In this document: one piece after another, positions 22,482 to 35,362 of the stretch
Layout: the number at the start of each line of letters is the position of its first letter
How positions within the stretch are numbered: position 1 is the stretch's first letter
NCBI GenBank assembly: GCA_963708365.1
Contig: CAVPSM010000011.1
Span: 251,807 to 315,806 of the forward strand
Origin: an uncultured Actinomycetes bacterium
GTDB lineage: Bacteria > Actinomycetota > Thermoleophilia > Gaiellales > JAICJC01
Length of the DNA stretch: 64,000 nt
Direction: 5' to 3'
Notes under the pieces: generated by a model
Told to the model about the DNA's origin: nothing
The model's input: the letters and a program-made list of their open reading frames with translations, nothing else
Database searches by the model: none
Made by a program: the position numbers and the translations under genes

Positions 22482-23779
22482 CAGCCCTCCCCGATCTCGG
22501 CCTCGACGATCCCGACCAGATGGTTGCACACGGCCGCGCACGACGCGGCATCCGCGGCCTCGACCATGACCCGGACGACCGGCTCCGTGCCCGAGGCCCT
22601 GACGACCACGCGGCCGTCCTCTCCGAGCTTCGCCTCGGCCGCCTCGACCTCCTGCCAGATCCGCTCCGATCCGGCCAGCGCGCCGCGGTCGGCACGAATG
22701 GCGACGAGCTTCTGCGGGAACGGCACGATCAGGTCGGCGAGCTCCGCCATCGACATCCCGAGCTGCGGCAGCGCCGCCAGCAGCATGAGGGCGGTCGCGA
22801 GGCCGTCGCCGGTCGTGTGGTGAGCGAGGTCGACGACGTGGCCTGACTGCTCGCCGCCGAGCGTGGCGCCGGTCGCGAGCATCCGCTCGAGCACGTAGCG
22901 GTCGCCGACATCGGTGACCTCGACGGCGACGCCGTGCTCGCGCATGATCCGGTGGAAGCCGAGGTTCGTCATCGAGGTGACGACGACCCGGTCGACGCGG
23001 CGGGCGAGCGCGATCGCCGCGATGATGGCGTCGCCGTTCACCGGCCGGCCGGCGGCGTCGACGGCGAGGCAGCGGTCGGCGTCGCCGTCGAACGCGAGCC
23101 CGCAGGCCGCGCCCCCGGCGTGCACGGCATCGCCGACGGCGTCGAGATGGGTCGAGCCCACCCCGGCGTTGATGTTGCGTCCGTCAGGGTCGGCGCCGAT
23201 GAAGGTCGCGTCCAGGCCCAGGCGGCGGAAGACGATGGGCGCCACGGCGTGCGCCGCGCCGTTCGCGCAGTCGGCCACCAGGCCGCCGGCGGTCGAGACG
23301 CCCTCGCCGTAGGTCTCGACGAGCCAGTCCGCGTACTCGTCGACGGCGCCACCCAGATCGGCGACGGTCCCGCCGGAGACTGCCGGGGCCGAGCCCACCA
23401 GCCGCTCGATCGCCGCCTCCAGGTCGTCGCCCAGCTTGCGCCCGTCGCCGCCCAGGAACTTGATGCCGTTGTCCTCGTAGGGGTTGTGCGACGCCGAGAT
23501 GACGCAGCCGAGGTCGGCCTCGCCCAGGCGGACGAGGACCGCGACGCCCGGCGTCGGGATCACCCCCGCGTGAACGGCCCGGCCGCCGCCGGAGGCGATC
23601 CCTTCGGCGAGCGCCTCTTCGAGCTCCGGCCCGGACTCGCGGGTGTCGCGGCCGATCAGGACGCGCGAGCCCTCGCCGGCCCAGGCCGCCGCGGCCGCGC
23701 CGAGATCGCGGGCGAGGTCTGAGGTCAGGTCGACGCCGGCCACGCCGCGCACCCCATCGGTGCCGAACAAGGTACGCAC
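22481..23779 (-). CDS. glmM: Phosphoglucosamine mutase
   Basis: LFGTDGVRG, ISASHNP, FDGDADR, GGEQSGH and RASGTEP motifs. Confidence 0.95.
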   Translation of the reverse strand: MRTLFGTDGVRGVAGVDLTSDLARDLGAAAAAWAGEGSRVLIGRDTRESGPELEEALAEGIASGGGRAVHAGVIPTPGVAVLVRLGEADLGCVISASHNPYEDNGIKFLGGDGRKLGDDLEAAIERLVGSAPAVSGGTVADLGGAVDEYADWLVETYGEGVSTAGGLVADCANGAAHAVAPIVFRRLGLDATFIGADPDGRNINAGVGSTHLDAVGDAVHAGGAACGLAFDGDADRCLAVDAAGRPVNGDAIIAAIALARRVDRVVVTSMTNLGFHRIMREHGVAVEVTDVGDRYVLERMLATGATLGGEQSGHVVDLAHHTTGDGLATALMLLAALPQLGMSMAELADLIVPFPQKLVAIRADRGALAGSERIWQEVEAAEAKLGEDGRVVVRASGTEPVVRVMVEAADAASCAAVCNHLVGIVEAEIGEG

Positions 23780-23790
23780 GGTAGGAGCCG

Positions 23791-24189
23791 TTAGCGCTTC
23801 GAGAACTGCGGGCGCTTGCGGGCCTTCTTCAGACCCGCCTTCTTGCGCTCGACCTGGCGGTCGTCGCGGGTCAGGAAGCCCTGGCGCTTCAGCTCCGTGC
23901 GCAGGTTCTCGTCGACCCCGATGAGCGCACGCGAGATGCCGTGCCGCAGCGCGCCGGCCTGGCCGGAGATGCCACCGCCGTCGATGCGGGCGCGCACGTC
24001 GTAGGCCGCGTCGGTGCCGGTCAGCTGCAGGGGCGCCGTCGCGATCGCGCGCAGCGTCTGACGGGGGAAGTAGTCCTCGAACGCCTTGCCGTTGACCGTG
24101 ATGGCTCCGGCGCCGGGGACGAGCACGACCCGCGCGACCGACGTCTTGCGCTTGCCGGTGCCGCGGTACGAGACGGCGGTGTCTGCCAC
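23791..24189 (-). CDS. rpsI: 30S ribosomal protein S9
   Basis: [12 protein letters not shown] and [10 protein letters not shown] motifs; C-terminus [11 protein letters not shown]. Confidence 0.97.
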   Translation of the reverse strand: MADTAVSYRGTGKRKTSVARVVLVPGAGAITVNGKAFEDYFPRQTLRAIATAPLQLTGTDAAYDVRARIDGGGISGQAGALRHGISRALIGVDENLRTELKRQGFLTRDDRQVERKKAGLKKARKRPQFSKR

Positions 24190-24623
24190 TACGTTCTCTC
24201 CTGCAGGGGTTCGGGGTTCTGGGCCGCGTGCGGGTGCTCCGGGCCGGCATAGATCTTCAGCTTGCGCAACTGTGCCGCGGCCAGCCTGTTCTTCGGCAGC
24301 ATGCCCTTGACCGCCTTCCGCAGGACCTCTTCGGGGCGCCGCGCGAGCTGCTCGCGCAGCGTCCGCGTGTGCAGTCCACCGGGGTAGCCGCTGTGCTTGT
24401 AGTAGAGCTTCTGGTCGAGCTTCTGGCCGGTCACGTGGATCTTCTCGGCGTTCACGACGATCACGAAGTCGCCCGTGTCGACGTGGGCGGTATAGGCCGG
24501 CTTGCCCTTGCCGCGGAGCACGCCCGCGATCTGCGTCGCGAGCCGTCCGAGCGTCTTCGACTCGGCGTCGACGACGTACCACTGGCGCTCGATCTCACCC
24601 GGCTTGGCGGTGTAGGTCTTCAT
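24189..24623 (-). CDS. rplM: 50S ribosomal protein L13
   Basis: [24 protein letters not shown] and HSGYPGG motifs. Confidence 0.97.
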   Translation of the reverse strand: MKTYTAKPGEIERQWYVVDAESKTLGRLATQIAGVLRGKGKPAYTAHVDTGDFVIVVNAEKIHVTGQKLDQKLYYKHSGYPGGLHTRTLREQLARRPEEVLRKAVKGMLPKNRLAAAQLRKLKIYAGPEHPHAAQNPEPLQERT

Positions 24624-24708
24624 GGCGACCCGGAACTGTAGACGAATGCGCGTGGCGCGGGGCACATCCGCCTGATTGCGTGCGCAAGCGACCTGCTACG
24701 GTTTCTCG

Positions 24709-25773
24709 ATGCGCGAGGTTCTGGACGACGTCCGGCGGATGCTCGCCGCGGGCGACCGGGTCGCGGTCGCGACCGTCGTCGATACCCGTCGCTCCGCCCC
24801 GCGCCCGCTCGGCTCCAGACTTGCGCTCAGCTCGAGCGGCGAGATGGTCGGCTCGGTGTCCGGCGGATGCGTCGAGTCCGACGTGGCGCTGCGGGCCGAA
24901 GAGGTGTTGGCCGGCGGGCCGCCGCTGCTGCTGCACTACGGCATCTCCGACGACGACGCGTTCGACGTCGGCCTGCCCTGCGGCGGCGAGATCGACGTCT
25001 TCGTCCAGCCCGTCGACACCGAGGAGCTCGACCGCGTCGAGGCGGCGCTCGAGTCCGGCCGCCGCCTGGCGGTGACGACGACCCTCACGGGCGAGGCCGC
25101 CGGCGCCAAGCTCTACGGCGAGGGCGAGGCCCACTCCGCGGCGACGCGCACCGACGAGAGCACCTTCGTCGAGCACTACGCCCCGGCTCCGGTGATGATG
25201 GTGTTCGGCGCCGTCGACACGGCCGCGGCGCTGTGCCGGATGGCGAAGACCGTCGGGTTCCACACGATCGTCTCCGACGCCCGCGGCAAGTTCGCCACCC
25301 GCGAGCGGCTGCCGGACGCGGACGAGATCGTCGTGGGCTGGCCGGCGATGGCCTACGACCTGCACGCCCCGGACGAGGCGACCTACGTCGTCGTCCTCAC
25401 CCACGACGCCCGCTTCGACGAGCCGGCGCTGGGCCCGGCGTTGCGCTCACAGACGCCGTACATCGGCGCCCTGGGCAGCCGCCGCGCACAGGATGCCCGC
25501 CGCCGCCGGCTGCTGAACGCCGGCTACAGCGAGGACGAGATCGGCCGCATCCGCGGCCCGCTCGGCCTCGACATCGGCGCGGTCACGCCGGCGGAGACGG
25601 CGGTGTCGATCCTGGCCGAGGTGCTGGCCGTGCGCGCCGACCGTGAGGGCGGCCCGCTGTCCAAGAAGGCCGGCCGGATCCACCCCGAGGCAGTCGCAAA
25701 TTCGGCAGGCTTGCGGACCGGGCCGACGATCCGCCACACGGCGGCGATACCCAGGCCGACCCAGAGCAGGTAG
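24709..25773 (+). CDS. XdhC/CoxI family molybdenum cofactor insertion protein
   Basis: SAPRPLG, GSVSGGCVE, GLPCGG, YIGALGSRR and GLDIGAVTPAETAVSI motifs. Confidence 0.9.
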   Translation: MREVLDDVRRMLAAGDRVAVATVVDTRRSAPRPLGSRLALSSSGEMVGSVSGGCVESDVALRAEEVLAGGPPLLLHYGISDDDAFDVGLPCGGEIDVFVQPVDTEELDRVEAALESGRRLAVTTTLTGEAAGAKLYGEGEAHSAATRTDESTFVEHYAPAPVMMVFGAVDTAAALCRMAKTVGFHTIVSDARGKFATRERLPDADEIVVGWPAMAYDLHAPDEATYVVVLTHDARFDEPALGPALRSQTPYIGALGSRRAQDARRRRLLNAGYSEDEIGRIRGPLGLDIGAVTPAETAVSILAEVLAVRADREGGPLSKKAGRIHPEAVANSAGLRTGPTIRHTAAIPRPTQSR

Positions 25774-26216
25774 AAGGCGCTGAACTCGCTGCCCAGGTGG
25801 GTGTGGAACAGGTCCCACGTGTGGCCGCTGAGGTATCCGTAGTAGCGCCCGCCGAGCGAGCCGAAGCGGTGCTCCGCATCGCGGTGGAGCAGATAGGCGA
25901 AGGCGGCGTACTTGCCGACCACGAGGGCGACGACGACGGCCACGGCCCCCGCGACCGCCGGGAACACGCCCCGCTCGCCGCCGGTGAACCGGTGGATCAG
26001 CCGGCCGGCCAGGAACCCGAGCCCGACCGCGGCGATGCCGATCGAGTGATTCGTGAGCACGACCATCACCGCCCATGCGGCGGCGCCCAGGGCCGCGGCG
26101 AGGGCGGCGGCCAGGACGGCGCGGCCGACCGGCGGGCGGGCGTCCTCGCGCAGGACGCCGGCAAGCGGCGACTCGGCCGGGACGGGATCGAGGGTGAGCG
26201 ATTCGGACTCGGACAT
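25524..26216 (-). CDS. Hypothetical membrane protein
   Basis: Four hydrophobic segments; the 3' end overlaps xdhC convergently and is uncertain. Confidence 0.6.
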   Translation of the reverse strand: MSESESLTLDPVPAESPLAGVLREDARPPVGRAVLAAALAAALGAAAWAVMVVLTNHSIGIAAVGLGFLAGRLIHRFTGGERGVFPAVAGAVAVVVALVVGKYAAFAYLLHRDAEHRFGSLGGRYYGYLSGHTWDLFHTHLGSEFSAFYLLWVGLGIAAVWRIVGPVRKPAEFATASGWIRPAFLDSGPPSRSARTASTSARIDTAVSAGVTAPMSRPSGPRMRPISSSL

Positions 26217-26249
26217 GCGGGCCTCGGCGGTTCGAAGACGGACGTTCCG

Positions 26250-28343
26250 TCAGTCTTCGACCTGCGCGGGCGCCGACTTGAGTCCCGGCACCGGTCGCTC
26301 CCGGCGGCCCGACGGCCACCAGTTCCAGTCGCCGAGCACGCGCATCGTCGCGGGCACGAGCAGCGAGCGGATCAGCGTCGCGTCGAGACCGATCGCGAGC
26401 GCCAGGCCGAGTCCGAGCTCCTTCACGATCACGACGTCTGCGGTCGTGAACGCGAGCCCGACGACCACGAGGATCGCCGCCGCCGACGTGATGATCCGGC
26501 CGGTGGCGACGAGCCCGGTCGCGACGGCGTCGCGGTTGCTCGCGCCGCCGCGGTAGGCCTCGGCGATGCGCGAGAGCATGAACACCTCGTAGTCCATCGA
26601 CACGCCGAACAGGGTGCAGATGATCACGACCGGCATCGTCGACTCGATGTAGCCGAGCCGCGTGAGCCCGAGGAAGCCGTCCAGGTGGCCGTCCTGGAAC
26701 ACCCAGACGAGCACCCCGAACGCCCCGGCGATCGAGAGGCTGTTCATGACGATCGCCTTCACCGGAAGCACGATCGAGCGGAAGGCCAGGGCAAGCACGA
26801 AGTAGGTCGCGAGGATCACGAACGCCGCCGCCCACGGCGCCCGGCTCTTGATCTGGGCGAGGAAGTCGAGCTCGCCGGCGGTCTCGCCCGTGACGAGGAA
26901 CTGCGGCCCGTGCCCCGGGAGCGCGCGGATGCGGTCGACGACTGCCCGGCCGGCGTCGGTGAACGGGCTGACCGAGGGCGTCAGGTCGATCGCCGACCCG
27001 CGCGGGCCGCGCTGCACCTGGGCGACGCGCTCCACCCCGGGCACGGCGGCGAGCCGGTGAACGAGCGGCGGCACCGCCACGCCGGGCTTGACCACGACGA
27101 CGATCGGGTTGAGGGCCGCCTGCGAGAACTCGCGGTCGAGCAGCTGCTCGCCCCGCCGCGAGTCGAAGCGCGACGGCAGCACGTCCGCGCGGGCCACGTT
27201 CAGCGTGGCCGAAAGCAGCGGCGCCGCCAGCACGCCGATGATCGCCAGCGTGATGACGATGAACGTCCACGGCCGCGCCATCACCGTCCGGGCGAGCCGC
27301 TCCCAGAAGTGCGAGCCGGCCCGGTCGCGGCCGTACCGGCGCGGCAGCAGCGGTCCCCGCTCGACGCGCGGCCCCAGCATCCCCAGGATCGCCGGCAGGA
27401 GCGTGACCGCAGCGAAGGCCGAGACGGCGACGACGATGGTGCCGCCGGCGGCGATCGACGAGAGCACCCGCAGGCCGAACGCCCACATCCCCGAGAGGCC
27501 GATCAGAACGGCGACCCCGGAGAAGGCGATCGCCCGGCCCGCCGTCTCGACGGTGCGGACGACGGCGGCCTCGACGTCGCGGCCGGCCCGCAGCTCCTCG
27601 CGGAACCGCGAGACGGCCAGAAGCGCATAGTCCACCCCCACCCCGAGCCCGAGCATCGTCGCGATGTTCAGGACGAAGATCGAGAGCGGCACTTGGTGGG
27701 CCAGCATCCACAGCAGCCCGAGGGTGGTCAGCACGGCGACGCCGCCGACGACCAACGGGATGCCGGCAGCCACGGCCGTCCCGAACGCGAGCGCCAGCAC
27801 GATCAGGGCGGCGGGGATGCCGATCGACTCGGCCCGGCGCAGGTCGGCCGAGGTGGCGAGCTGGATGTCCTCGAACACGGCCGGCGGCCCGGTCACGTCG
27901 ACCGCGAACCCCGGCGGCGGCCGCAGCGCGGCCCGGAACCGCTCGACGTACGCGCGGGCGGTGTCGGGATCGACGTTCAGCGGGAACGCCGCATAGGCGG
28001 CCTTCCCGCGGCGGGCGTGCACGATGCGCGGGCCACTCGGCGGCAGCACGACATGCGGGAAGTGCACGAGCGGCGCGATCGTGCGCCGCAGGTCGGTGAC
28101 GTTGCCGTCCGGCGCGACCACGACCAGCTCCGATCGCGGCCGCTGCGGGAGCCAGCGGTAGAGCATGTTGCCCGCCTTGACCGCCTCGGAGTCCTGGGCC
28201 ACGAAGCCGCCCGACGCGAGGATGCCCTGGAGCTGCGGTGCGAGCGGTGCGAGCACCGCCACGGCGGCGAGCCACAGGACGACGACCAGCCGCCGGCGGC
28301 GGTAGACCCAGCGGCCGAGGGAGGCGAATCGCTGCGCCGGCAC
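26250..28343 (-). CDS. MMPL family (RND) transporter
   Basis: GLGVGVDYALL..SRFREEL, FGVSMDYEVF and DATLIRSLLVPA motifs. Confidence 0.92.
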   Translation of the reverse strand: MPAQRFASLGRWVYRRRRLVVVLWLAAVAVLAPLAPQLQGILASGGFVAQDSEAVKAGNMLYRWLPQRPRSELVVVAPDGNVTDLRRTIAPLVHFPHVVLPPSGPRIVHARRGKAAYAAFPLNVDPDTARAYVERFRAALRPPPGFAVDVTGPPAVFEDIQLATSADLRRAESIGIPAALIVLALAFGTAVAAGIPLVVGGVAVLTTLGLLWMLAHQVPLSIFVLNIATMLGLGVGVDYALLAVSRFREELRAGRDVEAAVVRTVETAGRAIAFSGVAVLIGLSGMWAFGLRVLSSIAAGGTIVVAVSAFAAVTLLPAILGMLGPRVERGPLLPRRYGRDRAGSHFWERLARTVMARPWTFIVITLAIIGVLAAPLLSATLNVARADVLPSRFDSRRGEQLLDREFSQAALNPIVVVVKPGVAVPPLVHRLAAVPGVERVAQVQRGPRGSAIDLTPSVSPFTDAGRAVVDRIRALPGHGPQFLVTGETAGELDFLAQIKSRAPWAAAFVILATYFVLALAFRSIVLPVKAIVMNSLSIAGAFGVLVWVFQDGHLDGFLGLTRLGYIESTMPVVIICTLFGVSMDYEVFMLSRIAEAYRGGASNRDAVATGLVATGRIITSAAAILVVVGLAFTTADVVIVKELGLGLALAIGLDATLIRSLLVPATMRVLGDWNWWPSGRRERPVPGLKSAPAQVED

Positions 28344-28432
28344 GTTCGAACCGTACTCGCGCACCCCGCGCCGGCCGTGCATCCAACCGGGGGATTGTGA
28401 CGATGGCGACGCGGTGCCGATTAACAGTCTTG

Positions 28433-29823
28433 ATGAGGCGGATCGCGCTTGCCACGACGCTGCTCACCCTGCTCGCGACGGGCCTGCCCGGCCCTGCGTC
28501 GGCGTCGGGCGGCTGCGTCGCGCACGTGACCCGGCTGCGCTACCGGCCCGACATCACGTGGACGTGCGCGGCGCCGGTCGCGACGGCGGCCGCGGTCGTG
28601 CAGCGCACGTCGAACCACGCCATCGTCGCCGCCGACCCGATCGCCGGCGCCGGCGGGCAGGCGCTCACCCTCTCGCTGCGCGGCGACCTGGCCTCGGCCG
28701 CCGCCTACTCGGTGACGCTCTCCTACGACGACGGCTCCGGCCCGGCGACGCTCAAGACCACGTGGAAGACGCTGCCGCCCCCGGCGCACCCCGCCCTGCA
28801 CGTGAAGTACATCACCGCGATCCCGGCGGACGCCGTCATGGACATCGCCCACCGGATGGACGCGGCCAACCTCTTCGCGGTGCCGCGGCCCTCCGACTTC
28901 GTCGACGCCCACGCCCGCTCCCTCTCCGCCAAGGCGTACGCCGCCGCGCTGCGCGGCCGCCAGTCGGCGCTTGTCGTCACCGACCTCTCGGTGCAGAACC
29001 GGCTCGGGCTCGACTCCGCCCTCGCCGCCTACTGCAGCGCCGGCCACGGAGTCGTCCTCGGGGGCCAGACGCACTGGCTCACGGGCCACAACGAGGGCTG
29101 GCAGGTGGGCAGCGCCGTCGGCGGCCAGACGACCCGGTTCGCCTCGAAATGGGCCATGTACACCTACGACGACGTCTTCCCGAATCAGATCTCTGCCGGC
29201 GTCCACCAGCTCGCGCCTGGCTCGATCGAACCGCACTTCCTCACCCACGGCCTGCACCACTTCACCGTCGTCGGGCCGGGCTCCGGCGAGGTGATCATCC
29301 AGGACTACTCCTCCGGGCACATGCTGGCCCGGCTGAAGACGGCATCCGGCCCGTTCGCCGCCTTCGGCCAGGTGTTCCTGGCCGAGCGCCAGATCGGCGC
29401 CGGGCGCGTCGTCGATCTCGGCTTCCGGCCGTGGTCGTCGAGCGTCTCGGACGGCGGCTTCGACCCGGCGGTGAGCGCCGGCGGCGCGCTGACCGCACGG
29501 TCGCTGTGGTGGGCGACGAACCGGATCCCGCCGTCGGGGACGCGCTTCACCACGAAGCCCGCCAACCCGTCCGACCGGGCCACCGTCGTCTTCGCGATGG
29601 CCGCACAAGGACGCCGACCCGGACGGGTTCCGCGACCTGCGCTTCCGCTACCGGGTCGACAGCGGCCACTGGAGGTGGGCGGTCGGCAATTCGTTCGTGC
29701 TCTACGGCCTCGCCCACGGCAGCGTCCACACCGTCTGGGGCACAGGCCGTGGACTCGGGCGGGAACCTCGACCCGCACCCCGCGCGATACACATTCCGTG
29801 TCAGCGCGAACGCCCTCGGCTGA
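28433..29823 (+). CDS. Secreted hypothetical protein with a C-terminal Ig-like domain; two apparent frameshifts (~29607, ~29740)
   Basis: Signal peptide MRRIALATT; the frame-corrected tail KDADPDGFRDLRFRYRVD...QAVDSGGNLDPHPARYTF ends at TGA 29823. Confidence 0.6.
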
Positions 29824-29878
29824 CCGCCGGGAACCGTCGCTCAACCATCAAGACCCTTCCAGGCTGTGCGGTACAGTG

Positions 29879-32249
29879 ATGGTCGAGTTGACGGGCCGTT
29901 CACCTATCCGCGTTGCGGCATTCGCGGCCTGCTGCGCCCTTGCGGGTGGCACGGCCGGTCCCGCCGCCGCTTCGTCGGTCGCGCACGCGCGAACGGCCCC
30001 GCTCGTCGCCCTGCCCGGGACGGCCGTTCCCGCGATCGCGGGCGCCGAGGCGGTGGGAGCCGTCGCGCCGGACACGACCGGTTCAGGCGGTGGTCACGTT
30101 CAAGCCGCGCAACGCCGCGCTGCTGCAGCGGCTCGCGCTGCAGTGGAGCGGCCGCCCGGGCATGAGCGAGGCCCGCATCCGCAGCCTGTTCGCGCCGTCG
30201 CCGCAGAGCGTCCAGGGCGTCGAGACGTACCTGCGTGCCCCGGCCTCACGGTGACCGGCCGGACAGACATGACGATGACGGTGGCCGGCACGGCCGCCGC
30301 GGCCGGGCGCGCCTTCGCGGCGCCGATGCAGACGTTCCACGCGGCGGGACGGACGTTCGCGGCGCCCGCCGGCCCCGTCCACCTGCCTGCGACGCTCGCC
30401 CGCTCGGTCGCAACCGTTGGAGGCCTCGACACATCTGTGAAGCTGCGACCGGCCACCGCGCAGACGAAGGTGGGCGCGTCGGTCGCGGTCACCCCGAGCT
30501 GCAGCGGGGCCCGCTCCGCCCAGCGCGCGCTCGGCGGCTACCTCCCGTCGAATCTCGGCCGCGCCAGCGCCTACGGCCACAACAGCCTGCTCGCGGGGGG
30601 CGCCGACGGCAGCGGTGAGCTGATCGGGATGGTGGAGTTCTCGGGCTACTCCCGCTCCGACGTCAACCACTTCCGCAGCTGCTTTCCGAGCATCACCGGC
30701 GTCTACCAGCCGGACGCGATCGTCGGGCAGCGCAACTTCGACTCGAGCGGGAAGAGCGAGGTGGCGCTCGACCTCGAGGTGGCGATGGCGGCCGCGCCTG
30801 GTTCCGACGTGCGCGCATACGTCTCGCCCAACGACCCCGCCTTCGCGCCGGCGATCCTGGACAAGATGCGGCAGGACGGCGTCAACATCATCAGCGACAG
30901 CTGGGGCGCCTGCGAGCCGCTCATCTCGCCGCAGCTCCTGACCGCCGAGAGCACCGCGCTCGAGCTCGCAGCCGTCGCCGGGATCTCGACCTACGTCGCC
31001 ACGGGCGACTTCGGCTCGAGCGACTGCTTCCCGTTCACCGGTTCCACCAACCTGCTGATCGACGATCCCTCGTCGCAGCCGTTTGCGACCGCCGTCGGCG
31101 GCACGGCGCTCGAGATCCCGCCCGTATTCAAGGGCCATCACGAGACCGCGTGGCGCGGCGCCGGCGGTGGCGTCTCGATGTTCTGGCGGAAGCCGGGCTA
31201 CCAGCTCGGCAAGACCGTCCCGGTGGCCGGCCGCAAATGCCGCGCCGGCAAGGCCCAGTGCCGGGAGACGCCGGACGTCTCGCTCGACGCCCGCCCCCGC
31301 CGCACCGGGTACATCATCTACTGCAACCGCTGCGGGAACGGGCCGGGCCTGCCCTGGGCGCCGATCGGCGGCACGAGCGCGGCGGCCCCGCTGATGGCGG
31401 CGCTCACCGCCGACGCCGACGAGGCTGCCGGCAAGCAGCTCGGGTTCGCGAACCCGTTCCTGTACGCCCACGCCGGGACGAGCGTGTTCCACGACATCGT
31501 CTCGGGGACGAACAGCCTCTTCGGCGGGCACCACTACACAGCCCGGCCCGGCTACGACCTGGCCACGGGCCTGGGATCGATCCGGGCGGGTGCCTTCGCG
31601 TCGGCGCTGGCCGCCTGGACGCCGCCGCCGATCACGCTCGACACGACCCAGCTGCGCCTGATCGGGCCGCTGGACAGCCACCGGCTGATCTACGGTCGCA
31701 AGGTGACCTTCCGCGGGCGGCTGATGGACACGACGACCGGGAAGCCGATCGCAAACGCCCAGGTGCTCGTCATCACGTCGGTCGACACGTACCGCGTGCG
31801 CACGAACGCCGGCGGGGCGTGGTCGGTATCGCGGTCGCGGGCGATCGGGCGCGACATGAGCTGGCACGCCGCCTACCTCGGCTCCGAGATGAACGCCTCG
31901 GCGACGACGCCGTCGCGCAAGCTGCTCGTGCAACCGCACCTCGGTCTCAGCATCCACCTCCCGTTCAGCAACGGGCACTACCTCGCCACCGTGGCGAGGC
32001 CGTTCTCGGCGTTCGGCAGGTCGCAGCCGCTGATGGCCGGCGCCATCGTGATGCTGCAGGCCCGCCGAGGCGCCGGGCCCGTGGCGGAACGTCGGGCCAA
32101 GTGCCGTCGTCGGCGGCGGCCGCTACCAGCACGACGGGGTGCGCCTGCAACGCGGCCAGGCGCTGCGGCTGCGCTGGGCCTACCTCGGCGGCTCGTTCCG
32201 GCGCTGGCTCCCGACCCACTCGCGGGCCGTCACGGTGGTGGCGCCGTAG
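29879..32249 (+). CDS. Secreted S53 (sedolisin/kumamolisin) peptidase with prodomain and C-terminal beta domains; frameshifts at ~30080, ~30240 and ~32080
   Basis: EVALDLE, TGDFGS, PDVS, GGTSAAAP and GYDLATGLGS motifs. Confidence 0.82.
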
Positions 32250-32266
32250 CCGCCGGCGCGATCACG

Positions 32267-32596
32267 GTGCGGAACGCCGTAGCCGCCGACTATGACCGCA
32301 TCGCCCCGCTCGTGGACGAGTGCTGGGGGCGTTCGTGGCCGAAGCCGGACGAGGCCTACATCCACTTCGTCGGCGTGTCGCCCGACCACCGCCGCCGCGG
32401 CATCGGCCGGCTGCTCTACGAGCGCCTCTTCGCCGCCGTCCGCGCGCAGTCCCGCAGCATCGTCCGCTGCGTCACGGCCCCGATCAACGAGCGGTCGGTC
32501 GCATTCCACCGCGCGCTCGGCTTCGAGGTCGACAGGGTGGCCAAGGGCTACGACGGCCGCGGCGGCGACAGGGTGCTGATGTCGAAGCAGCTCTGA
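32267..32596 (+). CDS. GNAT acetyltransferase, apparently internally shortened
   Basis: EAYIHFVGVSPDHRRRGIGRLLY and NERSVAFHRALGF motifs. Confidence 0.65.
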   Translation: MRNAVAADYDRIAPLVDECWGRSWPKPDEAYIHFVGVSPDHRRRGIGRLLYERLFAAVRAQSRSIVRCVTAPINERSVAFHRALGFEVDRVAKGYDGRGGDRVLMSKQL

Positions 32597-32621
32597 ATAA
32601 AAGGGGTCTGACCCCTTTTAT

Positions 32622-32624
<3 letters not shown>
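32594..32624. repeat. REP-like palindrome, copy 1
   Basis: TGAATAAAAGGGGTC-T-GACCCCTTTTATTCA, a perfect 15-bp inverted repeat. Confidence 0.85.
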
Positions 32625-34204
<1,580 letters not shown>

Positions 34205-34208
<4 letters not shown>

Positions 34209-35362
34209 CGGCTCATCCCGACGCCTGCTCCTGCTGGAGCTTCTTGCCCTCGGTCTGGAGCGCCGGCGCGAACATGATCTCGGCCTTCTGGAACGCCTGG
34301 ATCGAGTCGTACCCGGTCGTCGCCATCGACGTGCGCAGGGCGCCCATCAGGTTGAGCGTGCCGTCGTTCTCGGTGGCCGGGCCGGTGACGATCTCCTCGA
34401 GCGTGGCGACCTGGTCGGTCTTGACGCGGGCGCCGCGCGGCAGGCTCGGGTGGAACGTCGCCATGCCCCAGTGGTAGCCGCGGCCGGGCGCCTCGTAGGC
34501 CCGGGCCAGCGGCGAGCCGATCATCACGGCGTCGGCGCCGCAGGCGATCGCCTTGGCGATGTCGCCGCCGGTGCGCATGCCGCCGTCGGCGATGACGTTC
34601 ACGTACTGGCCGGTCTCGAGCAGGTGCTGGATGCGGGCCGCCGCGGCGTCGGCGATGGCCGTCGCCTGCGGCACGCCGACGCCGAGGACGCCGCGGGTCG
34701 TGCAGGCCGCGCCCGGGCCGACGCCGACGAGGACGCCCGCGGCGCCGGTGCGCATCAGGTGCAGCGCCGCCTGGTACGAGGCGCAGCCGCCGACGATCAC
34801 CGGGACCGGGAGCTCGGCGATGAACTGCTTCAGGTTGAGCGGCTCGACGACGGTCGAGACGTGCTCGGCCGAGACGACGGTGCCCTGGATGACGAGGATG
34901 TCGAGGCCGGCCTCGAGCGCGATCTGCCAGTACTCGCGCACCCGCTGCGGCGTGAGCGACGCGGCCGCGAGCACGCCCTCGGCCTTGATCTCCGCGATCC
35001 GCCGCGCGATCAGCTCCGGCTTGACCGGCTCCGCGTAGATCTGCTGCATCCGCGCGTCGCCTCGGCCTTCTCGAACTCGCGATGCGCTCGAGCTCCGCGT
35101 CGGCGTCGTCGTAGCGCGTCCAGATGCCCTCGAGGTTGAGCACCCCGAGGCCGCCCAGCTTGCCGAGGATGACCGCCGTCGCGGGCGAGACGACGCCGTC
35201 CATCGCCGAGGCGAGCAGCGGCAGCTCGAGCAGGTGCGGCCCGAGCTGCCAGGCGATGTCGACGTCCTCGGCGTCGCGCGTGCGCCGGCTCGGCACGATC
35301 GCGATGTCGTCGAACCCATATGCGCGGCGCGCCTTCTTGCCCCGCCCGATCTCGATCTCCAC
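34205..35362 (-). CDS. guaB3: GuaB3-family IMP dehydrogenase-related protein; frameshifts near 35070 and probably near 34222
   Basis: [49 protein letters not shown] and IADGG motifs; adjacent to guaA. Confidence 0.88.

Noticed and set aside
22481-22560. glmS ribozyme
   Set aside because: The glmS start overlaps the glmM stop, so there is no leader.
25447-28467. Long alternative-frame and antisense ORFs (1006 aa and 867 aa here, many similar ones elsewhere)
   Set aside because: These are Arg/Pro/Gly-rich shadow ORFs, expected at this GC content, overlapping well-supported genes.
28238-32596. 1452-aa ORF as a giant secreted protease-GNAT fusion
   Set aside because: It is a chimera of three genes joined by frameshifts. 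Proper stops exist in other frames (29823, 32249) and the linking stretches are off-frame Arg/Pro-rich text.
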